Origin: Candidatus Omnitrophota bacterium
GTDB taxonomy: Bacteria > Omnitrophota > Gorgyraeia > Zapsychrales > Fredricksoniimonadaceae
Assembly (NCBI GenBank): GCA_013286575.1
Contig: JABDFL010000004.1
Coordinates: 1 to 55,473, forward strand
Direction: 5' to 3'
Length of the DNA stretch: 55,473 nucleotides
This document shows positions 32,693 to 42,200 of this stretch, in pieces. A program made the position numbers and the translations under genes. Below the pieces are notes generated by a model that was not told the DNA's origin, did no database searches, and worked only from the letters and a program-made list of their open reading frames with translations. Numbering within the stretch: position 1 is the first letter of the stretch; every line of letters begins with the position of its first letter.

Positions 32693-35600
32693 TTATTGGA
32701 TAAAATTCAGAAGATCGGCAATGGGGGTAATGCCGACAATAACTCCACGCAGGCCCCGTGAGTTTAAAACCATGTCTTCGAGGGCCTTATCGCTGACAAC
32801 ATCCGTCATGACGCGACCTTGACGGTCCATAGGAATGTTGCTGAGCTTGATACCGCCGGGAATATTCATGGCTGTATCAGAAACCCCCACTACTAAAGAT
32901 TGACCGGTCTTTTCAACTTTCTCGAGCTCTTGGACAAAATCAAACAGCTTGTCCATTGCTCTCTTAGTTAGCTTTATTTTGCCTCGTGTCTCAGGCTCCT
33001 GTTTAAGCGCATTAAGTTCTTCTCTCAAACTTTCTTTCAAGGGAGCTAATACGGGACTTTCACCATAAAGATAATTAAGATGAGATAATATGTCTGCACT
33101 CCCCGGACGATTGTGAAATTCCAAGGGGGTGATGTCACCGAATGCCTCAAGGAAAGGACTTAACCCATTGCCATTCTTATATACTTCTTCACCCTTATTA
33201 TCCTTCCAAACAAATGGCCCTCCAATTTCATTTAGCAAATACAATGCTTCATCACGGTCAATTGATAGTGGCGGGGTTTCCCCAGCTTTAATCTCTATTG
33301 GTGGGGGTTCATGTTCCCAATTTTCTTCTTTATCCCACTGTTCTTCAAAATGGGCACGTCTTTTTTCAAACTCTGCAATGGGATTGGCACTGCCTCCATT
33401 TAAAACGTCGAAAGCAATACCATATTCATTAATCATACGATAAATGGATACCTTTTGATGAGCGGCCCGAAAAGCCTCTTCCATCACTTGATATCGTTGT
33501 CCATTTCCAGGATTTCGATACATGTCAACGAATTCTTGCATATATGCGGCAAACTGCCGCCGACCTTCTTCATAAAATCGGGTCAGTGCCCATTGTTCCT
33601 TGTGTTGAAACGCCCATATAATTCTGCGAAATTCAGCACTATGTTCACCATTGCGTTTCGCATGTTCAAAATCAAAAGGATTTACTAACCATCCACTAAC
33701 TCCGGGCTTGATCCATTCCAATGGGCCTCCAGTCGCCGTAGCAATAGATGGGTGGCCATTTAAAGCCGCTCGTTCATCACTTGTACCAGATGCCTCCCGG
33801 GTCAGCCATGGCATGACCAACCAGCAATCAGTTGCTGATGTTGCAAATTTCATGAATTCTGTTCCTGTTGTTCTTTCAATGATTACAAATTTTCCTTTAA
33901 TATCAGGTTCCAGGGACAGCTGTGTTAATGCACTCACCCACTCAGGGGCTACACCATCAAGAGCTTCGCCAGCCAATAAAAGGTTTGCTCCGAGCCCCTT
34001 CCTTGGCCCTAATGGCGAGTCGTACACTTTATTTGGGTCTCCCACAATCCACCTGACCATAGGAATGAACAGGGCCTGAGATTTATATTCTACCATCCTT
34101 CGAACAGCGCCAAATAATGGCCGCTTGTGAATGTCAGCAAAACCCTCCAATCCCATACCTCTCAAATATTCATTTAGCTTGTATTTCTGGTTTGATCCTA
34201 TATCAAACAGATCCTTCCCGGTAATATTTGCTATCCCTTTTCTTGAAATGAGTCTGTTAAGATCATCAGAGCGCCACAGGGACGGCAAAGATCCATTTTG
34301 GATACCGGTTGTTTTGTCCGCAAAACCGGGCAAAACTGCTTCACGGGTAACATCAGCATGCTCCAACGAAACACCATTGATCATATGCGCATGATGGCCC
34401 ATAGCTCCAGCTGCATTCACTTGCCCGTTATATATAATATCGTCTCGCACAAGATCAGCACCTACCAAGTCTTTTAGCTTACCAACGTCCTTCCAAACAG
34501 GTAATGCCGCTGCTTCAGGTGTATGAGTTGTCATTAAAAACTTGGTTTCAGCAAAAATGCTCCGTTCACCTTTTTGTCTTTTTGCATCAATATCGTTCAA
34601 TACGGCCGTCATGACAAAAATTAATTGTGGCTCGCTTAATCGTAATATGCGAGGAGCAATGCCTAAAGCATAACAAAGTTCAACATAAGCCTTACCCATA
34701 AAACCATATTGTATGACTTGTTCGTCGCCTCCCGGGTACAACCTTTTAAACAGGTTGCGTTGTTTGATACCAAATACAGGAGTCCCATTAGCATCGACCC
34801 AGTAGATATAAGCACGTTCTTTTTTCCCTTTGAAATCCACATCAATGGAAAGCGCATGGTTATTTCCTTTTCCATCTTGAACAATAACAGGATGGACCCC
34901 TTCTTGGTGGTCCCAATCAACTTCGACACCATTCTTGTCATAGCTATAAAGCGGCATAGCGCCTGCGGCATTCCAATTTGGCAATAACTCGCTATAGGCT
35001 TGGTAGGTTTCTCCCGCCAGAAAACCAAGCCCTCCTTTGCCTAACGCTAATTGAGCCGTCCCCTTAATAGCAGATAAGAAAGCTTCAAGAGTTACATCAG
35101 TGACAACCCCGCTCCCTTCTGGATTTTGTAAATTGGCAATAACCCCCTCAGGGCCGTTTATAATCCGCAATCGTTTCCCGTGATAAAGCGCCTTGGGTGG
35201 CTCACTTGAAGTAACGCTTCGAATATCAACCCGCATATCATATATTTGTTCATCTCCTAAGACATCTAAACTCGTAACCATTGCGGGTTCACGTAGAATT
35301 TGTTGATCTACAAAACCGCCGGAGAAATATTTCCTGGGAACAGGCTGCTGGCCTGACCGGGTCATCTCTTCTTTAATATAGCTGAAGACACCCTTCTTAT
35401 AGGCAGACAGGTATTGATGGTAGATACGGTCTTTATTCTTTGGATCGCTGAGATCAATACCCGCGACTTTATTACGCCCGGAATAAACTTTATTGAGGAC
35501 CGATTTTTTAAAAACGTCCTGATACCATTGGGCCAGGATGAGGGCGTACAATATTTGCCTTAACGGCGCAAAATTCTTGCCTTCATTGACTTCATTCTCT

Positions 35601-36358
35601 ATGGCAGGGAGAACAACTTCACGTAAGACCTGCTTGGATAGATTCCTGACAGTATTATTTTTCTGCGCATTGATGTTCTCGCCCAATTTGTTTAGGGCCA
35701 AATAATCCTCTTCAAGCATGACCTTAAGATGCGCATTGACAATGTAAACCGTATTGCCCTTTTCAAATACCGACGCTTTCTCAGGAAGGATCCATACCTT
35801 ATTAAATACATTGACCGGGACCTGGGTAACGCCGAATTTCCGGTAAGCTTGCGTATACACTTTGTTCCAAAATGTTTTACCTAAATTGCTCTCCGGATAA
35901 ATAAGGGAAGCCGTGATTTGTTTGAGCATGTAGTCTTCTGCCAAAAGGTCACGGCCAAGTTCTGTTTTGATCAAGGTATCCGGGATAATGTGGTTTTTCT
36001 CGACCGGGGAAAGATTGACCCAAAGATCCTTTTCAGGTGTCGCCAAAGAAGCCAGGAAATAATTAACCATGCGCTGGGACACTTTCTTAAAATTGTCAGC
36101 GCTTAATCTTTCATCGCCGGGATCTACGATAAAATCAAACATGAAGGGATTTTCAGGATGGACTTTCAGGCCCTTGATCAAAACAGGCTTAAAAGCCGGA
36201 CTTAAACTTACTCTGGTTCCCGGTTTCGGTAAGAAAAATGACAAGCCGGATATATCAACAGATTGGGCATGGGCAGGCGGCAGGAATATTGATGTTCCCA
36301 AAAAACTGATTGAGACCCAAAGGGCCAAAAAGCGTCGGAAAATGATGATCGGTCTCAC
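32693..36358 (-). CDS. giant exoprotein C (1221 aa): signal peptide, conserved N-module, alpha-glucan phosphorylase-like domain, helical region, divergent C-module
   Basis: An uninterrupted 3.7-kb ORF with the signal peptide FLALWVSISFLGTSIFLPPAHA/QS. GT35-like strings include GGLGFLAGE, THTPEAA, INGVSLEH, GIQNGS and REASGTSDERAALNG. Confidence 0.9.
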   Translation of the reverse strand: MRPIIIFRRFLALWVSISFLGTSIFLPPAHAQSVDISGLSFFLPKPGTRVSLSPAFKPVLIKGLKVHPENPFMFDFIVDPGDERLSADNFKKVSQRMVNYFLASLATPEKDLWVNLSPVEKNHIIPDTLIKTELGRDLLAEDYMLKQITASLIYPESNLGKTFWNKVYTQAYRKFGVTQVPVNVFNKVWILPEKASVFEKGNTVYIVNAHLKVMLEEDYLALNKLGENINAQKNNTVRNLSKQVLREVVLPAIENEVNEGKNFAPLRQILYALILAQWYQDVFKKSVLNKVYSGRNKVAGIDLSDPKNKDRIYHQYLSAYKKGVFSYIKEEMTRSGQQPVPRKYFSGGFVDQQILREPAMVTSLDVLGDEQIYDMRVDIRSVTSSEPPKALYHGKRLRIINGPEGVIANLQNPEGSGVVTDVTLEAFLSAIKGTAQLALGKGGLGFLAGETYQAYSELLPNWNAAGAMPLYSYDKNGVEVDWDHQEGVHPVIVQDGKGNNHALSIDVDFKGKKERAYIYWVDANGTPVFGIKQRNLFKRLYPGGDEQVIQYGFMGKAYVELCYALGIAPRILRLSEPQLIFVMTAVLNDIDAKRQKGERSIFAETKFLMTTHTPEAAALPVWKDVGKLKDLVGADLVRDDIIYNGQVNAAGAMGHHAHMINGVSLEHADVTREAVLPGFADKTTGIQNGSLPSLWRSDDLNRLISRKGIANITGKDLFDIGSNQKYKLNEYLRGMGLEGFADIHKRPLFGAVRRMVEYKSQALFIPMVRWIVGDPNKVYDSPLGPRKGLGANLLLAGEALDGVAPEWVSALTQLSLEPDIKGKFVIIERTTGTEFMKFATSATDCWLVMPWLTREASGTSDERAALNGHPSIATATGGPLEWIKPGVSGWLVNPFDFEHAKRNGEHSAEFRRIIWAFQHKEQWALTRFYEEGRRQFAAYMQEFVDMYRNPGNGQRYQVMEEAFRAAHQKVSIYRMINEYGIAFDVLNGGSANPIAEFEKRRAHFEEQWDKEENWEHEPPPIEIKAGETPPLSIDRDEALYLLNEIGGPFVWKDNKGEEVYKNGNGLSPFLEAFGDITPLEFHNRPGSADILSHLNYLYGESPVLAPLKESLREELNALKQEPETRGKIKLTKRAMDKLFDFVQELEKVEKTGQSLVVGVSDTAMNIPGGIKLSNIPMDRQGRVMTDVVSDKALEDMVLNSRGLRGVIVGITPIADLLNFIQ

Positions 36359-36513
36359 AAATAAAATTTTAATTGTAAAAAAGGATTAATAAAGGATAAC
36401 ATGTGCAGGGAAAAAATCAAATAATCATGCTTTGATGGGGATCGCACAAGCTGTTTATATTCAATGCTTTATAAATGTAACAAAAAATAGTTTATATTTT
36501 AAAATTAAATATT

Positions 36514-37686
36514 CTAAGAATGATACACACGGGGCAGGCGGTTGCCTAGGGAGCAGAGGATTTCGTAGCTGATGGTGTCGGCCCAATGGGCGACTTCGTC
36601 CACTGAAATGGTCTCGCCTTTTTGGTCGCCCATGATGACAGCTTCGTCGCCGATTTTGGGGATACGGCCTGAAAGAGTGACTGCAGTGACATCCACGATG
36701 ATCTGGTCCATGGTCACGCGCCCTACCACCGGGCAGCGCACGCCTGCCACCAGCACAAAAGCTTTGTTGGACAGGGAGCGCAAATAACCGTTGCTGTAGC
36801 CAATGGACAAAACAGCGACCGTGATATCTTCCTTGGCCTTGAAAGTATGTCCGTAGCTGATGCCTCTTCCTTTGGCTATCGTCTGCACAAATATAATGCG
36901 GGCCTTGACCGACATCACGGGCTTTAAAGGGACTTTCTTTTTTAAATCCTCAAGGGGATAAACGCCGTAAAGCATGATGCCGGGGCGGGCCAGATTAAAA
37001 AGATCAGACTTATAATCCCCCAGCCCCATGCTGTTGCCGGCATGCACAAATGAAAAAGTAATGAACTGGTTTTCCAGGGAATAAACCATATCACGGAAAC
37101 GGCGCATCTGGCCCAAGGTAAAGTCACGGTCTGAGTCAGCGACAGGAAAATGGGTATAGATGCCTTCCAGCACCAAATTAGGGCACTGCTGGCGTAAGGT
37201 GTCCACAAACACAAGCGCCTGATCTTCATTGACCCCCAAACGCCCCATACCTGTGTCTATTTTAATATGCACGGGGATCTGGATGCCGGCATGATGCGCA
37301 ATATGGTCCAAGGCATGGGCCATTTCCAAAGCGCAGACAGTGGGAGTCAGTTTATACTCGACAATGTCCTTGGCCTCTGCGACCAGGGTGGATTCGAACA
37401 ATAAAATCTTCTGCTTGAAACCGGCCGCGCGCAGGGTCACGCCTTCGTTGACGTTGGAAACACCCCAATACTTGCAGCCGCAAGCGTCCAAACATTCGGC
37501 AACCTGTATCATCCCGTGGCCATAAGCATCTGCTTTAATGACCGGCATAATGCCTAAGGAATGCGACATGTTTTTGGTGGCGAGCTTCTGCAATTGTTCA
37601 AAATTATAGGCGAGCGCTTTAAGGTCTATGTCGCACCAGGTCGGCGGATGGGTGACTGTTTCGAAATTGAGGATTTTAACGTCCAA
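36514..37686 (-). CDS. alr: alanine racemase
   Basis: 390 aa with the PLP-lysine motif PVIKADAYGHG. It apparently uses a TTG start. Confidence 0.9.
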   Translation of the reverse strand: MDVKILNFETVTHPPTWCDIDLKALAYNFEQLQKLATKNMSHSLGIMPVIKADAYGHGMIQVAECLDACGCKYWGVSNVNEGVTLRAAGFKQKILLFESTLVAEAKDIVEYKLTPTVCALEMAHALDHIAHHAGIQIPVHIKIDTGMGRLGVNEDQALVFVDTLRQQCPNLVLEGIYTHFPVADSDRDFTLGQMRRFRDMVYSLENQFITFSFVHAGNSMGLGDYKSDLFNLARPGIMLYGVYPLEDLKKKVPLKPVMSVKARIIFVQTIAKGRGISYGHTFKAKEDITVAVLSIGYSNGYLRSLSNKAFVLVAGVRCPVVGRVTMDQIIVDVTAVTLSGRIPKIGDEAVIMGDQKGETISVDEVAHWADTISYEILCSLGNRLPRVYHS

Positions 37687-37692
37687 AATGCC

Positions 37693-38409
37693 CTATTCCT
37701 TTGTTGTCGCTACGTTAGGGTTCACTTGACAGTCCTGTGAGTATAAATACAAGGGTTGAAGGCTTGCGGCATCATCGTATTGCTTATGGCGAAGGCGCTC
37801 GTAAGCCAATGCCGCCATCACACGGCTTTGAGGATACCACCATTTTTCTTCGGCGAAAAGACATTTACAGGCGCTGTTCTTTTTAGAAGAATATTTTTGA
37901 TACGCTTCTTCTATATTTTTACGATAAAGTGCCAACGCGTCCCCCACAAAAAGCGTCTTGCCATGCACTTTCTCCAGGACTTCTTCAAGTGTGGCCAGCA
38001 AATAATCGCTCGAACGGCCATGGGGGCCGTAAAGACAGGCATAGACCTTGCCTCGACGTGCATCATTGATGACGCAAATTTCGTCACAGGTTTCCATTGT
38101 GACACCATTAGCAATAATGTCCAGGGTCGGGATACCGACAACAGGCAGGCCGGTGGCCATGGCAAAGGCCTTGACCGTGGAGAGCCCCACCCGAAGGCTC
38201 GTAAAAGAACCAGGCCCCAAGGCAATGGCAAAGCCGCCAAGCTGATCGAATTTTATCCCCGCAGAATCCAGCATACGGTCCATGGTCGGTAAAATGGAGT
38301 CTTCCAGCGTAGCAGCGGATTTTAAATTCCGGTAGCGTAAAACCTTCTCATCCTGATTCAGGGCTAACGAGAAGGTCTTGGTTGAGGTTTCGAAGGACAA
38401 GAAATACAT
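37693..38409 (-). CDS. tsaB: tRNA t6A37 biosynthesis protein TsaB (YeaZ)
   Basis: 238 aa with FLSFETSTKTFSLAL and GPGSFTSLRVGLSTVKA. It is next to tsaE. Confidence 0.8.
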   Translation of the reverse strand: MYFLSFETSTKTFSLALNQDEKVLRYRNLKSAATLEDSILPTMDRMLDSAGIKFDQLGGFAIALGPGSFTSLRVGLSTVKAFAMATGLPVVGIPTLDIIANGVTMETCDEICVINDARRGKVYACLYGPHGRSSDYLLATLEEVLEKVHGKTLFVGDALALYRKNIEEAYQKYSSKKNSACKCLFAEEKWWYPQSRVMAALAYERLRHKQYDDAASLQPLYLYSQDCQVNPNVATTKE

Positions 38410-38834
38410 ATTGTTCTCTGGTGTTCACTTTTATGTTTGAATTCCACTAAATAATATTGCTTGGGCATGTTTTTGCCCAAACGTTCCGGCCATTCGATGA
38501 GGCTGACACCCTCTCCGTAAAAATAATCGTCAAAATCAAGGGTATCAAGTTCCGCGGCCTTTTCCAGACGGTAAAGGTCAAAATGATAAATCGGCAGCTT
38601 GGCCTTATAGTAATTCATCAGCACAAAGGTCGGGCTGTTGACTTTTTTAGACGAAAATTTAAGTGCCTGGGCCAACCCTTTGACAAAGGTGGTTTTACCG
38701 GCACCCAAATCGCCCTGTAAAAGAACAATGTCCCCCTGCTTTAGCTGCCCTGCCAGACGCTGGGCGCAGAGTTTGGTTTCTTCTTCGCTGTTAGAAATGA
38801 GTGAAACTTTTGGATTTAATTGTTTCTTTAACAT
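38364..38834 (-). CDS. tsaE: tRNA t6A37 biosynthesis ATPase TsaE (YjeE)
   Basis: 156 aa with the Walker A motif GDLGAGKTTFVKG, SPTF and HFDLYRL. Confidence 0.8.
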   Translation of the reverse strand: MLKKQLNPKVSLISNSEEETKLCAQRLAGQLKQGDIVLLQGDLGAGKTTFVKGLAQALKFSSKKVNSPTFVLMNYYKAKLPIYHFDLYRLEKAAELDTLDFDDYFYGEGVSLIEWPERLGKNMPKQYYLVEFKHKSEHQRTICISCPSKPQPRPSR

Positions 38835-39666
38835 CAGCGGTGATTGTACCTATCGGATAAAAATAAAATGATTTGGCCCGGGCCTGCCAATCCATGAGTG
38901 ATCGTGCTTTGACGGGCGACAGCGTAAACAAAAGTTCAAAATCTTCTCCGTCATTTAACGCCTGGGATAAACCAGCCCCCTTGTGCCGCGGGATGGAGGC
39001 ATAATCCAGGCGCGCTCCCACCCTGCCGGCTTTGAGGATATGGTTCAAGTCTCCGGCCAGGCCGTCAGATATGTCCATCATAGCGCCAGGTTTAAATTTC
39101 TCAACCAAAAATCTTGCCTGGGGCAAACGCGGGGTGAAATTCAAATGGCGATCGCTTTTAAAAGAACCCCCCAAAGGCCCTGTCACAAAAATCCAGTCGC
39201 CGGCTTTGGCGCCGTCGCGGGTGACTAAACATTTTTTCTCCACCAAACCCAATAATGCAATATTGATCACTACTTTATCTGTCTTTATGGTGTCACCGCC
39301 GACGATGCTGATATTAAACTGCCGGGCCGTGCGTTCTATTCCTTTGTAAACATCTTTGATAAACTTCACAGATAATTTCTTTGGGATCCCGATGGAGACC
39401 ACGGCAAAGGTAGGCCAACCGCCCATGGCTGCTATATCACTGATATTGCAGGCCAGGGCTTTATGCCCGATGGATTCAGGCGGCATGCGGCGGGTGAAAT
39501 GCGTGCCTTCGGCCAGCATGTCCGTTGTTAAAAGCAGGTACTCGCTTTTACTATAAGGCAAAACAGCCGTATCATCGCCGATGCCTTTGATCACTGCTTT
39601 AGACACGGGGGCGTACTTTTTAAGGGTATCAATTAAACCGAATTCACCGATTTGAGAGAGTTTCAT
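38791..39666 (-). CDS. thiL: thiamine-monophosphate kinase
   Basis: 291 aa, AIR-synthase-related fold, with GIGDDTAVL, TTDMLAEGTHF and DISDGLAGDL. Confidence 0.85.
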   Translation of the reverse strand: MKLSQIGEFGLIDTLKKYAPVSKAVIKGIGDDTAVLPYSKSEYLLLTTDMLAEGTHFTRRMPPESIGHKALACNISDIAAMGGWPTFAVVSIGIPKKLSVKFIKDVYKGIERTARQFNISIVGGDTIKTDKVVINIALLGLVEKKCLVTRDGAKAGDWIFVTGPLGGSFKSDRHLNFTPRLPQARFLVEKFKPGAMMDISDGLAGDLNHILKAGRVGARLDYASIPRHKGAGLSQALNDGEDFELLFTLSPVKARSLMDWQARAKSFYFYPIGTITADVKETIKSKSFTHF

Positions 39667-40687
39667 AAATATTTTTCATATATGGCGGACGAATAACGCC
39701 GTATTCCGTCACAATGCCTGTGATCAAATTAGCCGGGGTCACGTCGAAAGCGGGATTGTAGACCTTAACGCCTTTGGGAGCGGTGGCCACACCCGCAAAA
39801 TGCGTGACCTCTTCGCTTTTGCGCTCTTCGATAGGGATTTGCTTGCCGGATTTGATCGCCAGATCAAAGGTTGAACGCGGGGCCACGATATAAAAAGGAA
39901 TGCCGTGGTGTTTGGCCAACACGGCCAGCATGTAGGTGCCGATTTTATTGGCGGTGTCACCGTTAGAAGCGATACGGTCTGCCCCTGTAAAAATGATATC
40001 CACTTTCTTTTTAGCCATCAATGAAGCTGCCATATTGTCGCAGATAAGAGTGGTGTCGATTTTCTGGCGGCAAAGCTCCCAGCAGGTCAGTCTCGCCCCC
40101 TGCAGTAAAGGACGGGTCTCGAGAGAATAAACGCTGAATTTCCTGGCCTTTTTCCTGGCGCTGTAAAAAACGCCTAAGGCCGTACCATAATCTACTGTGG
40201 CCAGGGCTCCGGCATTGCATACGGTCATGCACCGCATCCCGTTCTTGATGAGCTTTGCTCCATGGTCTCCCATGCGGCGGCAAACTTCCTGGTCAGCTTT
40301 AAAGATGGCCATGGCCTCTTTGAAAAGTAATTTCTTTAAAGTAGCCACATTGGCCTGCGGATTTTGATTGACCACCTCACGCATGGCGTTGAGCATGTTA
40401 AAAAGATTAACTGCTGTCGGACGGGAAGTCGCCAGATAGTCGCAAGTCTTATGAAAAAGTTTCAGGAATTTAGGCTTGTCCTGGCCTTTAAATTTCTGGA
40501 TCCCCAAAAGCACGCCGAAAGCCGCAGCCACACCAATGGCCGGCGCCCCACGCACAGACAATCGCTTGATCGCCCGCCACATTGTCTCTACATCGCGGCA
40601 ATAAATATACTCAAATTTATTGGGAAGCAGAGTTTGGTCAATAATACGTGCAGAACCCTTTATCCACTTGATAGTTTCGATAGACAT
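39644..40687 (-). CDS. mtnA: S-methyl-5-thioribose-1-phosphate isomerase (eIF-2B alpha/beta/delta family)
   Basis: 347 aa with IIDQTLLP, VRGAPAIGVAAAFG, CNAGALAT and GADRIASNGDTANKIGTY. Confidence 0.85.
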   Translation of the reverse strand: MSIETIKWIKGSARIIDQTLLPNKFEYIYCRDVETMWRAIKRLSVRGAPAIGVAAAFGVLLGIQKFKGQDKPKFLKLFHKTCDYLATSRPTAVNLFNMLNAMREVVNQNPQANVATLKKLLFKEAMAIFKADQEVCRRMGDHGAKLIKNGMRCMTVCNAGALATVDYGTALGVFYSARKKARKFSVYSLETRPLLQGARLTCWELCRQKIDTTLICDNMAASLMAKKKVDIIFTGADRIASNGDTANKIGTYMLAVLAKHHGIPFYIVAPRSTFDLAIKSGKQIPIEERKSEEVTHFAGVATAPKGVKVYNPAFDVTPANLITGIVTEYGVIRPPYMKNIYETLSNR

Positions 40688-40688
40688 A

Positions 40689-42191
40689 TCAGGTTTTCTC
40701 CACTTCGATCCGGGGAAATAGCGGCGAGTGAGGCCTTAGGACCAGACCAGGCATAAGCTTTCCCCACACTGGCGGAGCATCTTTAGCACCTAAAATATCC
40801 AATACTTCGGCTGTTTTTTCCGGCATGACAGGAGCTAACATGATCGTTGCTATGCGCAAACCTTCGGCCGCGGTATATAAAACACGATTTGCCGCCTTCA
40901 TATCTGTTTTGGCCAACTTCCACGGCGCTTGGGACTCCATATACTTATTAAGCGTCTGCACAAAAACCATAATTAAGCTCACCGCTTCCTGGACTTTAAA
41001 CCCATTGATCAAATCTTTGACACGGCGCGGTAATTCATCGGCTTGCGTTTTAATAATTTCTTCTACCGGGGCCAATGGACCGGGTTCCGGGACCATGCCG
41101 TCATGGTTCTTATGGATCAGTCCGCTGACGCGATTGAGCAAATTGCCATAATCATTGGCCAGATCGCTGTTATAACATTTGACAAATGAATCCGGCGTGA
41201 AATTAGCATCCAGCCCCAGGACCATCTCGCGCATCAAATAAAAACGCACGGCGTCAACCCCGTAGGTCTCAATCAAATCCAGAGGATTGACGACGTTCCC
41301 TAAGGACTTGCTCATCTTGGTCTCTCCGATAAGCCACCAGCCGTGGGCAAAAATGGTGTTGGGAAGCTCTAATCCTAAAGAAAAAAGCATGGTGGTCCAG
41401 TAAACGCAATGCGTAGTCAGAATGTCCTTGCCGATCAAATGCACATCTGCGGGCCACCATTTCTTGAACTTTTTCTCGTCACTGCCATAGCCCGGGACAG
41501 AAATATAATTGACCAGGGCGTCAAACCAGACATAGGTCACATAATCACGGTCAAAAGGAATTTCAATGCCCCAATCCATGCGGGCTTTAGGACGGGAAAT
41601 GCATAAATCACCAAGCGGCTGGCGCAGGAAACCCAGCATTTCATTTTTGCGGTGTTCAGGGCGGATAAAATCCGGATGGGCCTGGATATAATCAATGAGC
41701 TTCTGCTGGTACTTGCTCATCTTAAAGAAATAATTCTTTTCTTTGATCTTTTTGACATCGCGGAACTGGCCTGATCCGTATTCAGCATCGGTGATGAAGC
41801 GCTCTTCGGCCACGGAATACCAGCCTTCGTATTCATCCGTATAAATGTCCCCGCGCTCATTGACCTGCTGCAAGACCAACTGGACAATTTTTTTATGCCG
41901 CTCCTGGGTGGTGCGGATAAAATCATCGTATTGAATGTCTAAGGTCTTCCACAAATTGATAAAACGCGGCGCCAAATCATCACTATGCGCCTGGGGTGTC
42001 ATCCCCCTTTTTTCGGCCGCCTGCTTGACCTTTTGGCCATGCTCATCAAGGCCCGTCAAAAAAAACACTTCGTCACCGGCGGTGCGGTGATAACGGCTCA
42101 GGACATCGGCAAGGATCGTCGTATACGCATGCCCGATATGCGGGGCATCGTTGACATAATAGATGGGGGTCGTGACAAAAAATTTGCTCAT
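40689..42191 (-). CDS. metG: methionyl-tRNA synthetase (short form)
   Basis: HIGH motif (PHIGHAYT) and KMSKS (KMSKSLGN). The start is taken at ATG 42189-42191 (MSKFFVTTPIYY). The 12 extra codons of the track ORF (MSFPRKQESRPY) are the translation of a mini-repeat. Confidence 0.95.
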   Translation of the reverse strand: MSKFFVTTPIYYVNDAPHIGHAYTTILADVLSRYHRTAGDEVFFLTGLDEHGQKVKQAAEKRGMTPQAHSDDLAPRFINLWKTLDIQYDDFIRTTQERHKKIVQLVLQQVNERGDIYTDEYEGWYSVAEERFITDAEYGSGQFRDVKKIKEKNYFFKMSKYQQKLIDYIQAHPDFIRPEHRKNEMLGFLRQPLGDLCISRPKARMDWGIEIPFDRDYVTYVWFDALVNYISVPGYGSDEKKFKKWWPADVHLIGKDILTTHCVYWTTMLFSLGLELPNTIFAHGWWLIGETKMSKSLGNVVNPLDLIETYGVDAVRFYLMREMVLGLDANFTPDSFVKCYNSDLANDYGNLLNRVSGLIHKNHDGMVPEPGPLAPVEEIIKTQADELPRRVKDLINGFKVQEAVSLIMVFVQTLNKYMESQAPWKLAKTDMKAANRVLYTAAEGLRIATIMLAPVMPEKTAEVLDILGAKDAPPVWGKLMPGLVLRPHSPLFPRIEVEKT

Positions 42192-42200
42192 ATATGGTCT

